A DNA stretch of 64,000 bases, from NCBI GenBank assembly GCA_965222605.1, contig OZ244960.1, positions 2,944,001 through 3,008,000 of the forward strand, given 5' to 3'. Origin of the DNA: Candidatus Latescibacterota bacterium. Lineage in GTDB: Bacteria > Latescibacterota > UBA2968. The notes below the pieces were generated by a model, which saw nothing but the letters and a program-made list of their open reading frames with translations, did no database searches and had not been told where the DNA came from. Below are positions 19,135 to 28,563 of this stretch, in pieces; within the stretch, counting starts at the first letter, position 1, and the number at the start of each line of letters is the position of its first letter. Position numbers and translations under genes: made by a program.

Positions 19135-19962
19135 TTATCCGCGCTTTTGTGCAAATAGCCAGTCCCATACATTTTCGGTTTTGTCGCATTGATCGCTGGC
19201 AAAGTGCGTGATAAATCCGCGTTGTGGGTCGTCGCCTGTGTACGCAAATCCGTAAGCGCTGGCATTGTGTCCTACGTCTTTTAATTCGGTGTATTTGGTA
19301 TTGGCATCTATCGCGTTTAGTTGACGGAAGGCGTCCTGGGTTAATTCGACGGGTACGGTTGCATCGGCATCGCCGTGAAATGTCCAGATGGGTATTTTGA
19401 CGATGCGGCTGATATCATTCCAGGGTTCGCATCCGCCAGCAGAGGGAATCGCGGCGGCGAAACGGTCGGGTTGTGCGCAGATGGCGTTCCAGGTGCCAAA
19501 TCCACCCATTGAATGCCCGAGTACGTAGATGCGGTCTCGGTCAATTGGAAATTCATCGCATATTGTGTCGAGCAAGTCAAAGGCTTTGCCCAGGTCGCCG
19601 ACTGAGAGATCGTCGCCTCGATCCAGCAGTCGCTTGACGCGCGTTTGCCAGATGCCGGAGAGCGAGTCGATATATTCCTGTGTGATTTCGGGCAGGGTGT
19701 TGGGCATGAGCCAGCGCAGGGGTGTTTGTGGGGCGAGTACGAAACAGGGATATCTGCGACGGTGTGTTTCTTCGGCCAGTGGTGTTTGGTTCCAGTGGCG
19801 CAGGTTTTTTATGTTGTCTGTGCCTTTGCCTCCCGCGCCGTGCAGGCTGAAGATGAGGGGATACGCGGTGTCGGGGTGGTCTGCGATGTCAATGGGTCTT
19901 AGCAGGCGATAGGGCATACTGCCGTAGTTTCGTTTTTCGTAGATGTCCATCCAGTTGTCCAT
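19135..19962 (-). CDS. Alpha/beta hydrolase (predicted peptidase/phospholipase)
   Basis: YPL..SLHGAG..G.DN, GHSMGG nucleophile elbow, FHGD.D..V, GHN. Confidence 0.85.
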   Translation of the reverse strand: MDNWMDIYEKRNYGSMPYRLLRPIDIADHPDTAYPLIFSLHGAGGKGTDNIKNLRHWNQTPLAEETHRRRYPCFVLAPQTPLRWLMPNTLPEITQEYIDSLSGIWQTRVKRLLDRGDDLSVGDLGKAFDLLDTICDEFPIDRDRIYVLGHSMGGFGTWNAICAQPDRFAAAIPSAGGCEPWNDISRIVKIPIWTFHGDADATVPVELTQDAFRQLNAIDANTKYTELKDVGHNASAYGFAYTGDDPQRGFITHFASDQCDKTENVWDWLFAQKRG

Positions 19963-19984
19963 GGTTGTCTCCTTTGGGAATGGA

Positions 19985-20431
19985 TTAACTTTTACGCAGA
20001 TAAAGATGTAGATCTTTCTCAGCCTCTTCCTCTAAGAGACCGATCTGCACGGGAATATCCGCGTTTTTGAGGATTTGAATGCCGCGTCCGCGATTTTTGG
20101 GATGCGGGTCGATGAGTGCGACAAAGACATCGCGGATTTTTCTCTGCACGAGTGCCTGCGCACACGATGGCGTGCGTCCGTGAAAAGAGCATGGCTCCAG
20201 GGTGACGAATGCGGTGACATCTTTTAGTGATCCCGCTACTTGCGCGAGTGCCATTGCCTCTGCGTGAAATTGGCCCGGTGGATTGGTATGCCCCCGGGCG
20301 ATTATTTTTTCCTCTCGCACGAGCACACAGCCCACTGGTGGATTGGGTAAGCACCCGGGAAGCGCTTTTCTGCCTTCGACGAGCGCGGCGGTCATGAAGT
20401 TTTCCAATTCAATTTGAGAATATTTGGACAT
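19985..20431 (-). CDS. Stand-alone RibD-type Zn deaminase domain
   Basis: PNPPVGCV, HAE, VTLEPC..HGRTP.C, DP.P; no reductase domain. Confidence 0.85.
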   Translation of the reverse strand: MSKYSQIELENFMTAALVEGRKALPGCLPNPPVGCVLVREEKIIARGHTNPPGQFHAEAMALAQVAGSLKDVTAFVTLEPCSFHGRTPSCAQALVQRKIRDVFVALIDPHPKNRGRGIQILKNADIPVQIGLLEEEAEKDLHLYLRKS

Positions 20432-20514
20432 TGGATAAGAGATTGGATTTACCTGGCGCGAAAAACGCCCCGGCACAACGATACTGGGGCGTTCTCTGTT
20501 TGGACAGATTCCGT

Positions 20515-21816
20515 TTACTCCCCACTGAGACCAATACAGTACAAATGTGTCGCCGTCCGAATAAAAAGCTGTGATCCAGATGACACGGGCGATGACAGCG
20601 TGTATGTACCATCCAGTTCATTAGTACCCAAAACCTCAAATTTGGGACCAGCAGCCAAAACAGTCGTCACGGCATTTTCATTCAGCAAAAACAACTTGCC
20701 ATCGGCCAGATGAGGTGACGCACTCACAACACCCTGCGCCGTCCTCTCAGGCCCCCACACCACAGCCCCGGTCTTCGCGTCCAGACACATTGCCCGCCCG
20801 CGATCATCAACCATATAAAAATACTTCCCATCACAGACCGGCGTAGGCACATCCGGCGCAGCAGCACCCTCCCACTTCCACACCACATTGTCGGAAACAT
20901 CGCCCGTGCCACCAGCAGCCAACGCCAGCAAAGGCCGCTGTCGGGTCGGCGCATAAATCATATCGCCGACCACCACAGGAGACGCCACAATCCGATAATT
21001 ACCCCTCCGCTGGGGATTCAACCCATTGGCACGCCAGATTTCACGCCCCGTATCGGGATCGTGCCCCGTTACACAATCCCCACCCGTAATAACAACCTGA
21101 GTCTCGCCATCGCGCTTCAACAGCGCAGGCGTCGTGTACGAATCCGGAGACTCCCGCAAAGCGTCTGTCGCGCGCTCCTCCCGCCAGACCTCCTTCCCAT
21201 TATTGGCCTCTAACGCCACAATATACGAAGGATCATCCGTACGCATCCCGTGAAGCACCTGCATGATGAGCTTGCCTTCATAGAGAATCGGCGAAGACGC
21301 ATACCCCCAGTTCAAACCGAAGTCGCCGTAGTCTTTTTGAAGGTCGCGCGCCCAGACCGCTTTCCCATCCACATCCAAACACGTCACAACGCCATTCCCT
21401 GTGACCACCCACACATGCGCGCCATCCGTAACAGGTGAAGGCGACGTATTGTTCTGCTTGCGCCACAGCACATTGCCTTCATCCAATTTGTAGCGCCAGA
21501 TTTCACTGCCGTCTTTTGTTGCGAAACAGAGGATATAAATTTCCGGCCCACCCGATTCCTGCTCTTCTGATGTTCGCGCAGGCGATGGCGCCGTCAGAAA
21601 AATGCGATCTTCCCAGATAACGGGCGTACTACCGCTCCAAGAAGGCAATTCGGTCTTCCAGATGATATTCTCTTCAAGACTCCAGGACGCGGGCAGATTT
21701 TTGGCCGTACTAACCCCATTTTGCTGCGGACCGCGCCACTGCGGCCAGTTATCTGCATCAACACTTAGTGGAACAAGTGCGACAATACAAACCATACGAA
21801 CTATTCGACCAACCAT
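20515..21816 (-). CDS. PQQ-like beta-propeller protein (BamB-like repeats), secreted
   Basis: NWPQWRGP, W..ELP..SGSTP, repeated SP/TP...G..VW motifs. Confidence 0.9.
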   Translation of the reverse strand: MVGRIVRMVCIVALVPLSVDADNWPQWRGPQQNGVSTAKNLPASWSLEENIIWKTELPSWSGSTPVIWEDRIFLTAPSPARTSEEQESGGPEIYILCFATKDGSEIWRYKLDEGNVLWRKQNNTSPSPVTDGAHVWVVTGNGVVTCLDVDGKAVWARDLQKDYGDFGLNWGYASSPILYEGKLIMQVLHGMRTDDPSYIVALEANNGKEVWREERATDALRESPDSYTTPALLKRDGETQVVITGGDCVTGHDPDTGREIWRANGLNPQRRGNYRIVASPVVVGDMIYAPTRQRPLLALAAGGTGDVSDNVVWKWEGAAAPDVPTPVCDGKYFYMVDDRGRAMCLDAKTGAVVWGPERTAQGVVSASPHLADGKLFLLNENAVTTVLAAGPKFEVLGTNELDGTYTLSSPVSSGSQLFIRTATHLYCIGLSGE

Positions 21817-21926
21817 AGAATCTCCTCCTCAACAGTGTGATTTTCAACTTGTTTTTCACCCAATTTGACAGATATTTCCCCTTGATTGTTCCTGTCTCCC
21901 ATCAAAGTCAAAATAGAGAGGCTCAC

Positions 21927-23348
21927 ATGCAGCGTCAACCCAATATTTTACTATTCATCACCGATCAACAACGCTCCGACACCATGGCGTGTTATGGCAA
22001 CGACTGGATCCAAACGCCGAACATGAACGCCCTTGCCAACGAAAGCTTTGTCTTTGAAAACCCCTATTGCACACAACCCGTCTGCACGCCATCGCGCGCC
22101 ACCCTCCTGACAGGACTGTATCCACATTCTGCCAGAATGATCAAAAACAACATCCTGCTCGATCCGGCAATCAAATCCATCGCCGAAATGACATCAGACG
22201 ACTACCACAAAGCCTACTACGGCAAATGGCACCTGGGCAAAGAAACAACGCGACAACACGGATTTGATGAATGGCTACCCGTCTTTGAACTGCCCTGGGT
22301 CATTGACCACCCGGATACACCGTATCATCAGTTTCTGGTAAAAAATGGAATCGAACCAGACAATACAACCCAGGCCGGACACCGCGTATTCTCTCCACAA
22401 CTGCGCGCAAATTTGCCCGAACACCTGTCCATGGTATCTTTTTTATGCGATGAGGCCGCCCGCTTTTTGATGGCAGAACGCGACAAGCCATTTATGCTAC
22501 AGGTCCATTGCCCCGAACCACACCCGCCTGTTTCGGGACCAATGAAACATATACACGACCCGAACAAAATGCCCGTTGGTCCCGCATTTACGCGCTATCC
22601 CGGTGGCGCATCGCTATTTAACAGACTGAGAGCAGAACGAAATATACAACCCGATGCAACCCCCGAAGAACAACGCGCCGCAGAAGTAAAACTGCATAAA
22701 TTCCGCGCGGAATACTACGGCACAGTCACACTCGTAGATCGCGCGCTGGGCAAATTGATGGACGCCCTTGAAAAATCGGGTCACGCCGACAACACCGCCG
22801 TTGTATTCAGCTCTGACCACGGCGAAATGGCCGGTGACCAGGGCATGCGGGAAAAACGCGCATTTTACGAACCATCCGCCAAAGTACCCCTCCTGATGCG
22901 GATTCCCTATCTCGGGTGCGAACACCGAATGATTCCCGGCAACATCAGCCACATCGATCTCGTACCCACCTTATTAGACCTCATGGGACAACCCGTGCCC
23001 GAACACCTGCAAGGAAATAGTCGCGTACCCGTTCTCGAAGGCAGAGAAACACTTGTCGATAACGACGTCTTCATTCAGTGGAACGGACTGGGAGATCGCA
23101 ACCTCGGCTCGCCGCAAATCAACCTGATCGCCACCCTCCCCTGGCGCTCAATCGTAACAGCCGACCGCTGGAAACTCAACCTGTGTGCAGGCGACCAATG
23201 CGAATTATTCAACCTGAACAGCGACCCCCATGAACTCACAAACCTATTCGATGAACCTGTACACAGAGATCGCATTCGCAAAATGGCGGCAAAAATTCGC
23301 CTCTGGCAACGCGAAACAGGTGATAACGCGCCATTACCCACAGTGTAA
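21927..23348 (+). CDS. Sulfatase (Cys-type)
   Basis: PNILLFITDQQR, CTPSR, GKWH, SDHG. Confidence 0.93.
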   Translation: MQRQPNILLFITDQQRSDTMACYGNDWIQTPNMNALANESFVFENPYCTQPVCTPSRATLLTGLYPHSARMIKNNILLDPAIKSIAEMTSDDYHKAYYGKWHLGKETTRQHGFDEWLPVFELPWVIDHPDTPYHQFLVKNGIEPDNTTQAGHRVFSPQLRANLPEHLSMVSFLCDEAARFLMAERDKPFMLQVHCPEPHPPVSGPMKHIHDPNKMPVGPAFTRYPGGASLFNRLRAERNIQPDATPEEQRAAEVKLHKFRAEYYGTVTLVDRALGKLMDALEKSGHADNTAVVFSSDHGEMAGDQGMREKRAFYEPSAKVPLLMRIPYLGCEHRMIPGNISHIDLVPTLLDLMGQPVPEHLQGNSRVPVLEGRETLVDNDVFIQWNGLGDRNLGSPQINLIATLPWRSIVTADRWKLNLCAGDQCELFNLNSDPHELTNLFDEPVHRDRIRKMAAKIRLWQRETGDNAPLPTV

Positions 23349-23349
23349 C

Positions 23350-23375
23350 GTAGGCGCGGGTTTCCCAACCCGCCC
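23350..23375 (+). repeat. GTAG-type REP
   Basis: GTAGGCGCGGGTT-TCCC-AACCCGCCC immediately after a stop codon. Confidence 0.6.
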
Positions 23376-23393
23376 ACTCAGGAGAAATACCTC

Positions 23394-24416
23394 ATGAACA
23401 CAATCAAAACGCGAACAATCGGGCGAACAGGCTTCGAAGTAACCGAAATGGGCATGGGCGGCGCGCCCCTGGGTGATCTATTCGAACTCGTAAGTGAAAC
23501 ACAGGCGCAAGACACCTTGCAAGCCGCCTGGGATGCGGGTATCCGGTATTTCGACACAGCCCCCTTTTACGGCTATGGCAAAAGCGAGCATCGCCTCGGT
23601 CACTTCTTGCGACAACAGGACAGAGAAGAATTTGCCATCTCCACCAAAGTCGGACGCGTATTAAAAGCCACGCGCGACCTCAAAACATTTGACAAAGACA
23701 TGTGGATTGGTGGCTTGCCCTTTGAATACGCCTTTGACTACAGCTACGACGGCATCATGCGGTCCTATGAAGACAGCCTCCAGCGACTGAGCTTGCACGC
23801 CGTAGATCTGCTCCTCATCCACGACCCCGATTACTTCTTTCACACCTCCGAAGAAATGGTAACCTCCACCCTTGCCCAAATCTACACAAGCGGCTGGCGC
23901 GCCCTTGACGAACTGCGCTCAAGCGGACAAATCAAAGGCATTGGCGTGGGACTCAACATGATGGGACTCATCCCCCGATTCTTAGACATGGTCGATATCG
24001 ACTTCTTCATCGTCGCCATGCCCTATACCCTCCTTGACCAGGACCCACTGGACGAGGAATTTCCAAAATGCGCCGAACACGGCGCCGACATCGTCATCGG
24101 ATCCGTATTTGCCTCGGGCATCCTCGCCACAGGACCAGTACAAGGCGCATTATATGCGTACGACACGGCACCCTCAGAAATACTTAAAAAAACCCGAAAA
24201 ATTGAAACAATATGTCAGGCGCACAACGTACCACTCCCCGCAGCAGCCATCCAATTCCCACTCGCACACCCAAGCGTCGCCGCCATCATCCCCGGTGCCC
24301 TCAAACCCGAATACATCCATGCAAATATCAAAAACTACCAGTACCCCATACCCTCAGACCTCTGGGCAGAATTAAAATCCGAGGGCCTATTGCGAGATGA
24401 CGCGCCGACACCATGA
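23394..24416 (+). CDS. Aldo/keto reductase (D-threo-aldose/L-fucose dehydrogenase-like)
   Basis: G.GGAPLG, FDTAP.YG.G.SE, STKVGR, FDYSYDG, LLIHD. Confidence 0.9.
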   Translation: MNTIKTRTIGRTGFEVTEMGMGGAPLGDLFELVSETQAQDTLQAAWDAGIRYFDTAPFYGYGKSEHRLGHFLRQQDREEFAISTKVGRVLKATRDLKTFDKDMWIGGLPFEYAFDYSYDGIMRSYEDSLQRLSLHAVDLLLIHDPDYFFHTSEEMVTSTLAQIYTSGWRALDELRSSGQIKGIGVGLNMMGLIPRFLDMVDIDFFIVAMPYTLLDQDPLDEEFPKCAEHGADIVIGSVFASGILATGPVQGALYAYDTAPSEILKKTRKIETICQAHNVPLPAAAIQFPLAHPSVAAIIPGALKPEYIHANIKNYQYPIPSDLWAELKSEGLLRDDAPTP

Positions 24417-24419
24417 ATT

Positions 24420-24445
24420 GTAGGGGACGGTCCCCGTGACGTCCC
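24420..24445 (+). repeat. GTAG-type REP
   Basis: GTAGGGGACGGTCCCCGTGACGTCCC, nearly identical to the copies at 6149 and 34358. Confidence 0.8.
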
Positions 24446-24475
24446 GCATGAAACCACAGATCGGAAACAATATCC

Positions 24476-25029
24476 ATGATCCATTCACACGCGCTCATTA
24501 AAGTCGCCTGCAAAATTCTCGGATTATTTTTTTTAATACATGTGGTGACTATACTTGGATTTATACCCCAGGGTATTATAATGATCCAACAAGATGATAC
24601 GTGGGCAAGGGAGATTTATGGATATTTCGCTCTGCCGCTTCTCTATTTGATCTTCGCTTATGTATTTATAAAATATGCCGACGCAATCGCGCGAAAATTG
24701 GACCCTGTTGAACGGGAAATTGAAATTTCTCCCGACAATAACTGGTCCCAGGTACTTTACAAAACGGGCGTTCACTGGCATACCCAAAGTGATCAATGAG
24801 GGAATCACGCCTCATCGGGGTCTATATGGTGTTCAATGAGGGAATTAAAATTGTTGCAAGATATCACCAAATAAACATACTGCTACCCCCGCATAGACTT
24901 GGTACCTTGTTAGATATCTGGTCAGAGGGAATCGCCGCTGTGATTTATCTCGGCCTGGGAATCTATCTGCTCGCAGGTGGATCCTTGCCGTCAATGTTAC
25001 AGAATCTTGTGAATCGAGATAATGGCTAA
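24476..25029 (+). pseudogene. Membrane protein gene split into two ORFs (24476-24799, 24796-25029) by a local rearrangement
   Basis: Both halves are hydrophobic; TCAATGAGGGAAT is duplicated at the junction; a continuous frame can be rebuilt. Confidence 0.55.
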
Positions 25030-25089
25030 ACTTGATTGAAAGAAGATCCTGATGCCCTTGAGGATTTTATGTCAGATAGAGAAAAGACA

Positions 25090-25120
25090 GAACCCGCAAT
25101 CATTCTGGAATTGCGGGTTC
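25090..25120. terminator. Hairpin/terminator between convergent genes
   Basis: GAACCCGCAAT-N9-ATTGCGGGTTC. Confidence 0.6.
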
Positions 25121-25148
25121 ATAGTTTAATCCATATTTTCACAATGAT

Positions 25149-25535
25149 CTACTTCTTCTGATAAGGTGTAATGATCTCCTTTAACATGGGGAAGTGTCTT
25201 CGGTTCAACGTGACCAGTTTTGCCTGGCGGACATCCGCCGTAGCCGCAATCAGAGCATCTGCCAGACCTGTGTTATGGCTCTTCACATAATCCCGACGAT
25301 ATGTACCGCCTTTAATTGCTATCTCCCGATCAACAGGTACGATCTCAAAGGCTTTCAAGAAAGTTTCTAATGCTTCACGCTCTGATTCGTCACGAACGCC
25401 AGAATAGAGTTCGGCTACCGCAATAGAAGAAATCAACAATTCTTCTGGACGATTTTCGAGATATTGTACTGCATCTGCTTGATCACGCAAGTAATCAATC
25501 ACAACATCTGTATCCAATAAAAGTCGGATAGCCAT
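25149..25535 (-). CDS. vapC: Type II TA PIN-domain toxin
   Basis: LLDTDVVID, ISSI..AEL..G, LADALIAATA, LVT.N.RHF. Confidence 0.93.
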   Translation of the reverse strand: MAIRLLLDTDVVIDYLRDQADAVQYLENRPEELLISSIAVAELYSGVRDESEREALETFLKAFEIVPVDREIAIKGGTYRRDYVKSHNTGLADALIAATADVRQAKLVTLNRRHFPMLKEIITPYQKK

Positions 25536-25538
25536 ATC

Positions 25539-25772
25539 TTATAATCTGTCCCATTCGCGCCGAAGCTCCTCAGCAGAAGGTAGATCTGTACGATCTTTCC
25601 ACATTCCGCGAGCACTCTGAAGCAAGGCGCGTCGGTCTGACTGCTGAAATTGCGAAATCATAAGATTAATAGCATCGCGCAGTAATTCATCCTGGCTCTT
25701 GCCAGTCTCGCGTGCAATTGTCATAAGACAATCATTTTCGCGATCTGTCAGATCAATGTGAACTATAGCCAT
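25539..25772 (-). CDS. CopG/ribbon-helix-helix antitoxin (VapB-like)
   Basis: I.LT..E...L..IA.ETGKSQ.EL.R.A...GMWKDR.D....LR.EW; directly upstream of vapC. Confidence 0.85.
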   Translation of the reverse strand: MAIVHIDLTDRENDCLMTIARETGKSQDELLRDAINLMISQFQQSDRRALLQSARGMWKDRTDLPSAEELRREWDRL

Positions 25773-25960
25773 AACGTTCCTTTTTAATTATTGTGAGGCA
25801 ACGTGACGCTCATAATAGCTGTCCATAAAATGAATAGTTAAGAAAATCATCCCTTGCCTGTCAAGCCAATTCTGTCAGAGCACGTGATGCTTGTCTCCGC
25901 GTGAACTTCTGAGCTTGCGAGAGGAAGCAAGGGGCTGAACTTTATCGAAAGGACTTTCCC

Positions 25961-26932
25961 ATGCAAACAGTAAAATGGGGCATCATCGGTTGTGGTAACG
26001 TATGCGAAGTAAAAAGTGGCCCGGGATTTTACAAAGCGGACCACTCAGAACTCGTCATCGTCATGCGTCGAGACGGTGAAAAAGCCGCGGACTTCGCCAA
26101 ACGCCACGGCGTATCGCAATCCACCAACAACGCCGACGAAGTCATCCATCATCCCGACGTCAACGCCGTGTACATCGCCACCCCGCCCTCCTCACACTGC
26201 GAATACGCCCTGCGAGTTGCCGAAGCGGGCAAACCCTGTTATGTCGAAAAACCCATGGCCATGAACCACCGCGAATGCGTACAAATGGTCGAAGCCTTCA
26301 AAGCCAAAAACCTTCCCCTCTACGTCGCCTATTACCGCCGCAGACTCCCGCGCTTCACAAAAGTCCGCCAACTCCTCCGCGAAGGCGCCATAGGAACCCT
26401 CACATCTGTACACATCGTCCAATACGGCAAACTCGACACAAACCCCAACAACTGGCGATTCGACCCATCCATCGCCGGCGCGGGCAAATTCCTCGACCTC
26501 GCATCACACGGCATCGACATCCTCGACTTCCTCGTCAGCCCCATCACCCGCGCCAGCGGCTTCGCACTCAACACCGGCGGAACGTACGAAGCCGAAGACG
26601 TAACAACCGCTGCGTTTGAATTTGAAAGCGGCGTCCTGGGCACAGGCACCTGGAACTTCCACGCCGACCACGCCGACAACCGCATCACATTCACAGGCTC
26701 CGAAGGCGAAATCCAAACACCCGTCTTCGCAGACACCGACATCATCCTCAAACGCAATAGCACAGAAGAAAGCATATCCGCACCCAATCCACCACACGTC
26801 CAACAACCCCTGATACAAACCATCGTCAACGAACTGCGCGGCAAAGGCCAATGCGTATCCACCGGCGAAAGCGGTGCCCGTGCATCATGGGTCATGGACC
26901 AGTGTCTGATCACCTACTACGGCGAGCGATAG
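25961..26932 (+). CDS. Gfo/Idh/MocA family oxidoreductase
   Basis: WGIIGCG, VYIATPP..H, VEKPMA, VAYYRR, DLASH. Confidence 0.93.
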   Translation: MQTVKWGIIGCGNVCEVKSGPGFYKADHSELVIVMRRDGEKAADFAKRHGVSQSTNNADEVIHHPDVNAVYIATPPSSHCEYALRVAEAGKPCYVEKPMAMNHRECVQMVEAFKAKNLPLYVAYYRRRLPRFTKVRQLLREGAIGTLTSVHIVQYGKLDTNPNNWRFDPSIAGAGKFLDLASHGIDILDFLVSPITRASGFALNTGGTYEAEDVTTAAFEFESGVLGTGTWNFHADHADNRITFTGSEGEIQTPVFADTDIILKRNSTEESISAPNPPHVQQPLIQTIVNELRGKGQCVSTGESGARASWVMDQCLITYYGER

Positions 26933-26957
26933 TCGTTCAAAAAAAAAGGAGAACACC

Positions 26958-27905
26958 GTGAAATCCGTAAGACTCCTCAGCGTCTCATTTCCCAGAGGTG
27001 GGTACAAAAACGTAGAACAAAATGTAGAACACATGGTACGCCACCTCGAAGAAACAGCCCCGTACCGCCCCGACTTTGTGTGCTTCACCGAAGTCGCGCG
27101 AGAACTCGGCTGTCCGCAAGACAGCGATGCCTGGATGGGCGAACCCATACCCGGTCCCGCAACAGAAGCTATTGGCAAAGTAGCCGCGGAAATTGGCACC
27201 CATGTCATCGTCGGCATGCAAGAGCGGTGGGAAGACCAGACCTTCAACGCGGCCGTCCTGATCGGTCGAGACGGAAACGTCATGGGTCGCTACCACAAAG
27301 TACAACCCACCGTCAACGAAATGGCGCGCGGCACCCTGCCCGGCACACAGGCCAACACGTATGCCACAGACTGTGGTCGCGTGGGCATGTGTATCTGCTT
27401 TGACCTCAAATTCCCCGAAGTCGCCATGATGCTCGCCCGCTCGGGTGCGCGCATGGTCTTCTTCCCCAGCATGTTCAACGGCGGCATGCGACACGCCGCC
27501 TGGGCACGCGATTACGGCGTCTTCCTCGTCGTTAGCCAATCCCAGGAAAGCTCCATCACCGACATGTGCGGCCACCGCCTCGCCTGGCAAGGATATAGTG
27601 AACCCCTCGTGGAACAAGGCAAACTCCCGCCCTTTGCATTTGCCGAAATCAACGCAGACACCAAAGCGTATCACCTCGACTTCAACCAGAACAAACTCGG
27701 CGACATACACAGCACCTATCGCGCAGGCGTCCGCATCCACATCATGCGCCCCGAAGCCACATTCGTACTCGAATCCCTCATGGATGATATATCCGTAGAA
27801 GATATCGAAGCAGAATTTGAACTCGAAGACCTGTGGACCTATTACGACCGCTCGCGCACCATGCGCGACGAATGTCTCACAGAACCCGTCGCAATCACCA
27901 ACTAA
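26958..27905 (+). CDS. Carbon-nitrogen hydrolase (nitrilase superfamily)
   Basis: E-K-C triad: CFTE, YHK, ICFD..FPE. Confidence 0.88.
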   Translation: MKSVRLLSVSFPRGGYKNVEQNVEHMVRHLEETAPYRPDFVCFTEVARELGCPQDSDAWMGEPIPGPATEAIGKVAAEIGTHVIVGMQERWEDQTFNAAVLIGRDGNVMGRYHKVQPTVNEMARGTLPGTQANTYATDCGRVGMCICFDLKFPEVAMMLARSGARMVFFPSMFNGGMRHAAWARDYGVFLVVSQSQESSITDMCGHRLAWQGYSEPLVEQGKLPPFAFAEINADTKAYHLDFNQNKLGDIHSTYRAGVRIHIMRPEATFVLESLMDDISVEDIEAEFELEDLWTYYDRSRTMRDECLTEPVAITN

Positions 27906-27917
27906 CAAGGAGGCTAC

Positions 27918-28496
27918 ATGCAACTTTTTGACGGCAAAACCCTCAACGGCTGGGCAGCCACCGGCAATCCCGACGGTTGGGTTGTGGATCACGGCTGTAT
28001 CTTCTGCACCGCAGAACAAGGGAAATACCTGTACTACATAGAAGATCAATTCAAAAACTTTGAACTCTCGCTCGAGTTCAAACACCCGCCTAAAACCAAC
28101 AGCGGCGTCTTCTTCCGCTGGACCGATCTGGACAACCCCGTGCAAACGGGTATTGAAATCCAAATTCTGGACACGTATGGTCATGACCCCGCAACCGTCA
28201 AATGCTGCGGCTCAGTCTATGATTTACAAGCCCCCACGCACAACACCTGCAAACCCGCGGGCGAATGGAATCACATGATCCTCTACGCCATGGACAACAT
28301 CATCCGCGTCACCTTAAACGGCGAGCAAATCACCGACATGGACCTCAATCGCTGGACCACGCCGAACCAGAACCCCGACGGCACGCGCAACAAATTCAAC
28401 CGCGCATTCCGCGAAATGACCGACCCCGGCTACATCGGCCTACAAGACCACGGCAACCAGATCTGGTTCCGCAACATAGACATTGAAAAACTCTAA
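27918..28496 (+). CDS. DUF1080 (3-keto-disaccharide hydrolase-like) protein
   Basis: LFDGKTLNGW, NSGVF, EIQILD, GEWN, GYIGLQDHG. Confidence 0.92.
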   Translation: MQLFDGKTLNGWAATGNPDGWVVDHGCIFCTAEQGKYLYYIEDQFKNFELSLEFKHPPKTNSGVFFRWTDLDNPVQTGIEIQILDTYGHDPATVKCCGSVYDLQAPTHNTCKPAGEWNHMILYAMDNIIRVTLNGEQITDMDLNRWTTPNQNPDGTRNKFNRAFREMTDPGYIGLQDHGNQIWFRNIDIEKL

Positions 28497-28513
28497 CACA
28501 TAGCACAACAACA

Positions 28514-28544
28514 AGCAGGCGCGACCAGCCCGGTCGCGCCTGCT
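28514..28544. repeat. Perfect 13-bp GC-rich hairpin (REP-like or terminator)
   Basis: AGCAGGCGCGACC-N5-GGTCGCGCCTGCT. Confidence 0.65.
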
Positions 28545-28563
28545 GTTACCGCGAATATTCGAT

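Noticed and set aside
26985-28184. 399-aa minus-strand ORF, and similar long shadow ORFs such as 31923-33206 and 36019-36930
   Set aside because: They lie opposite well-supported genes and are explained by codon and strand bias depleting antisense stops
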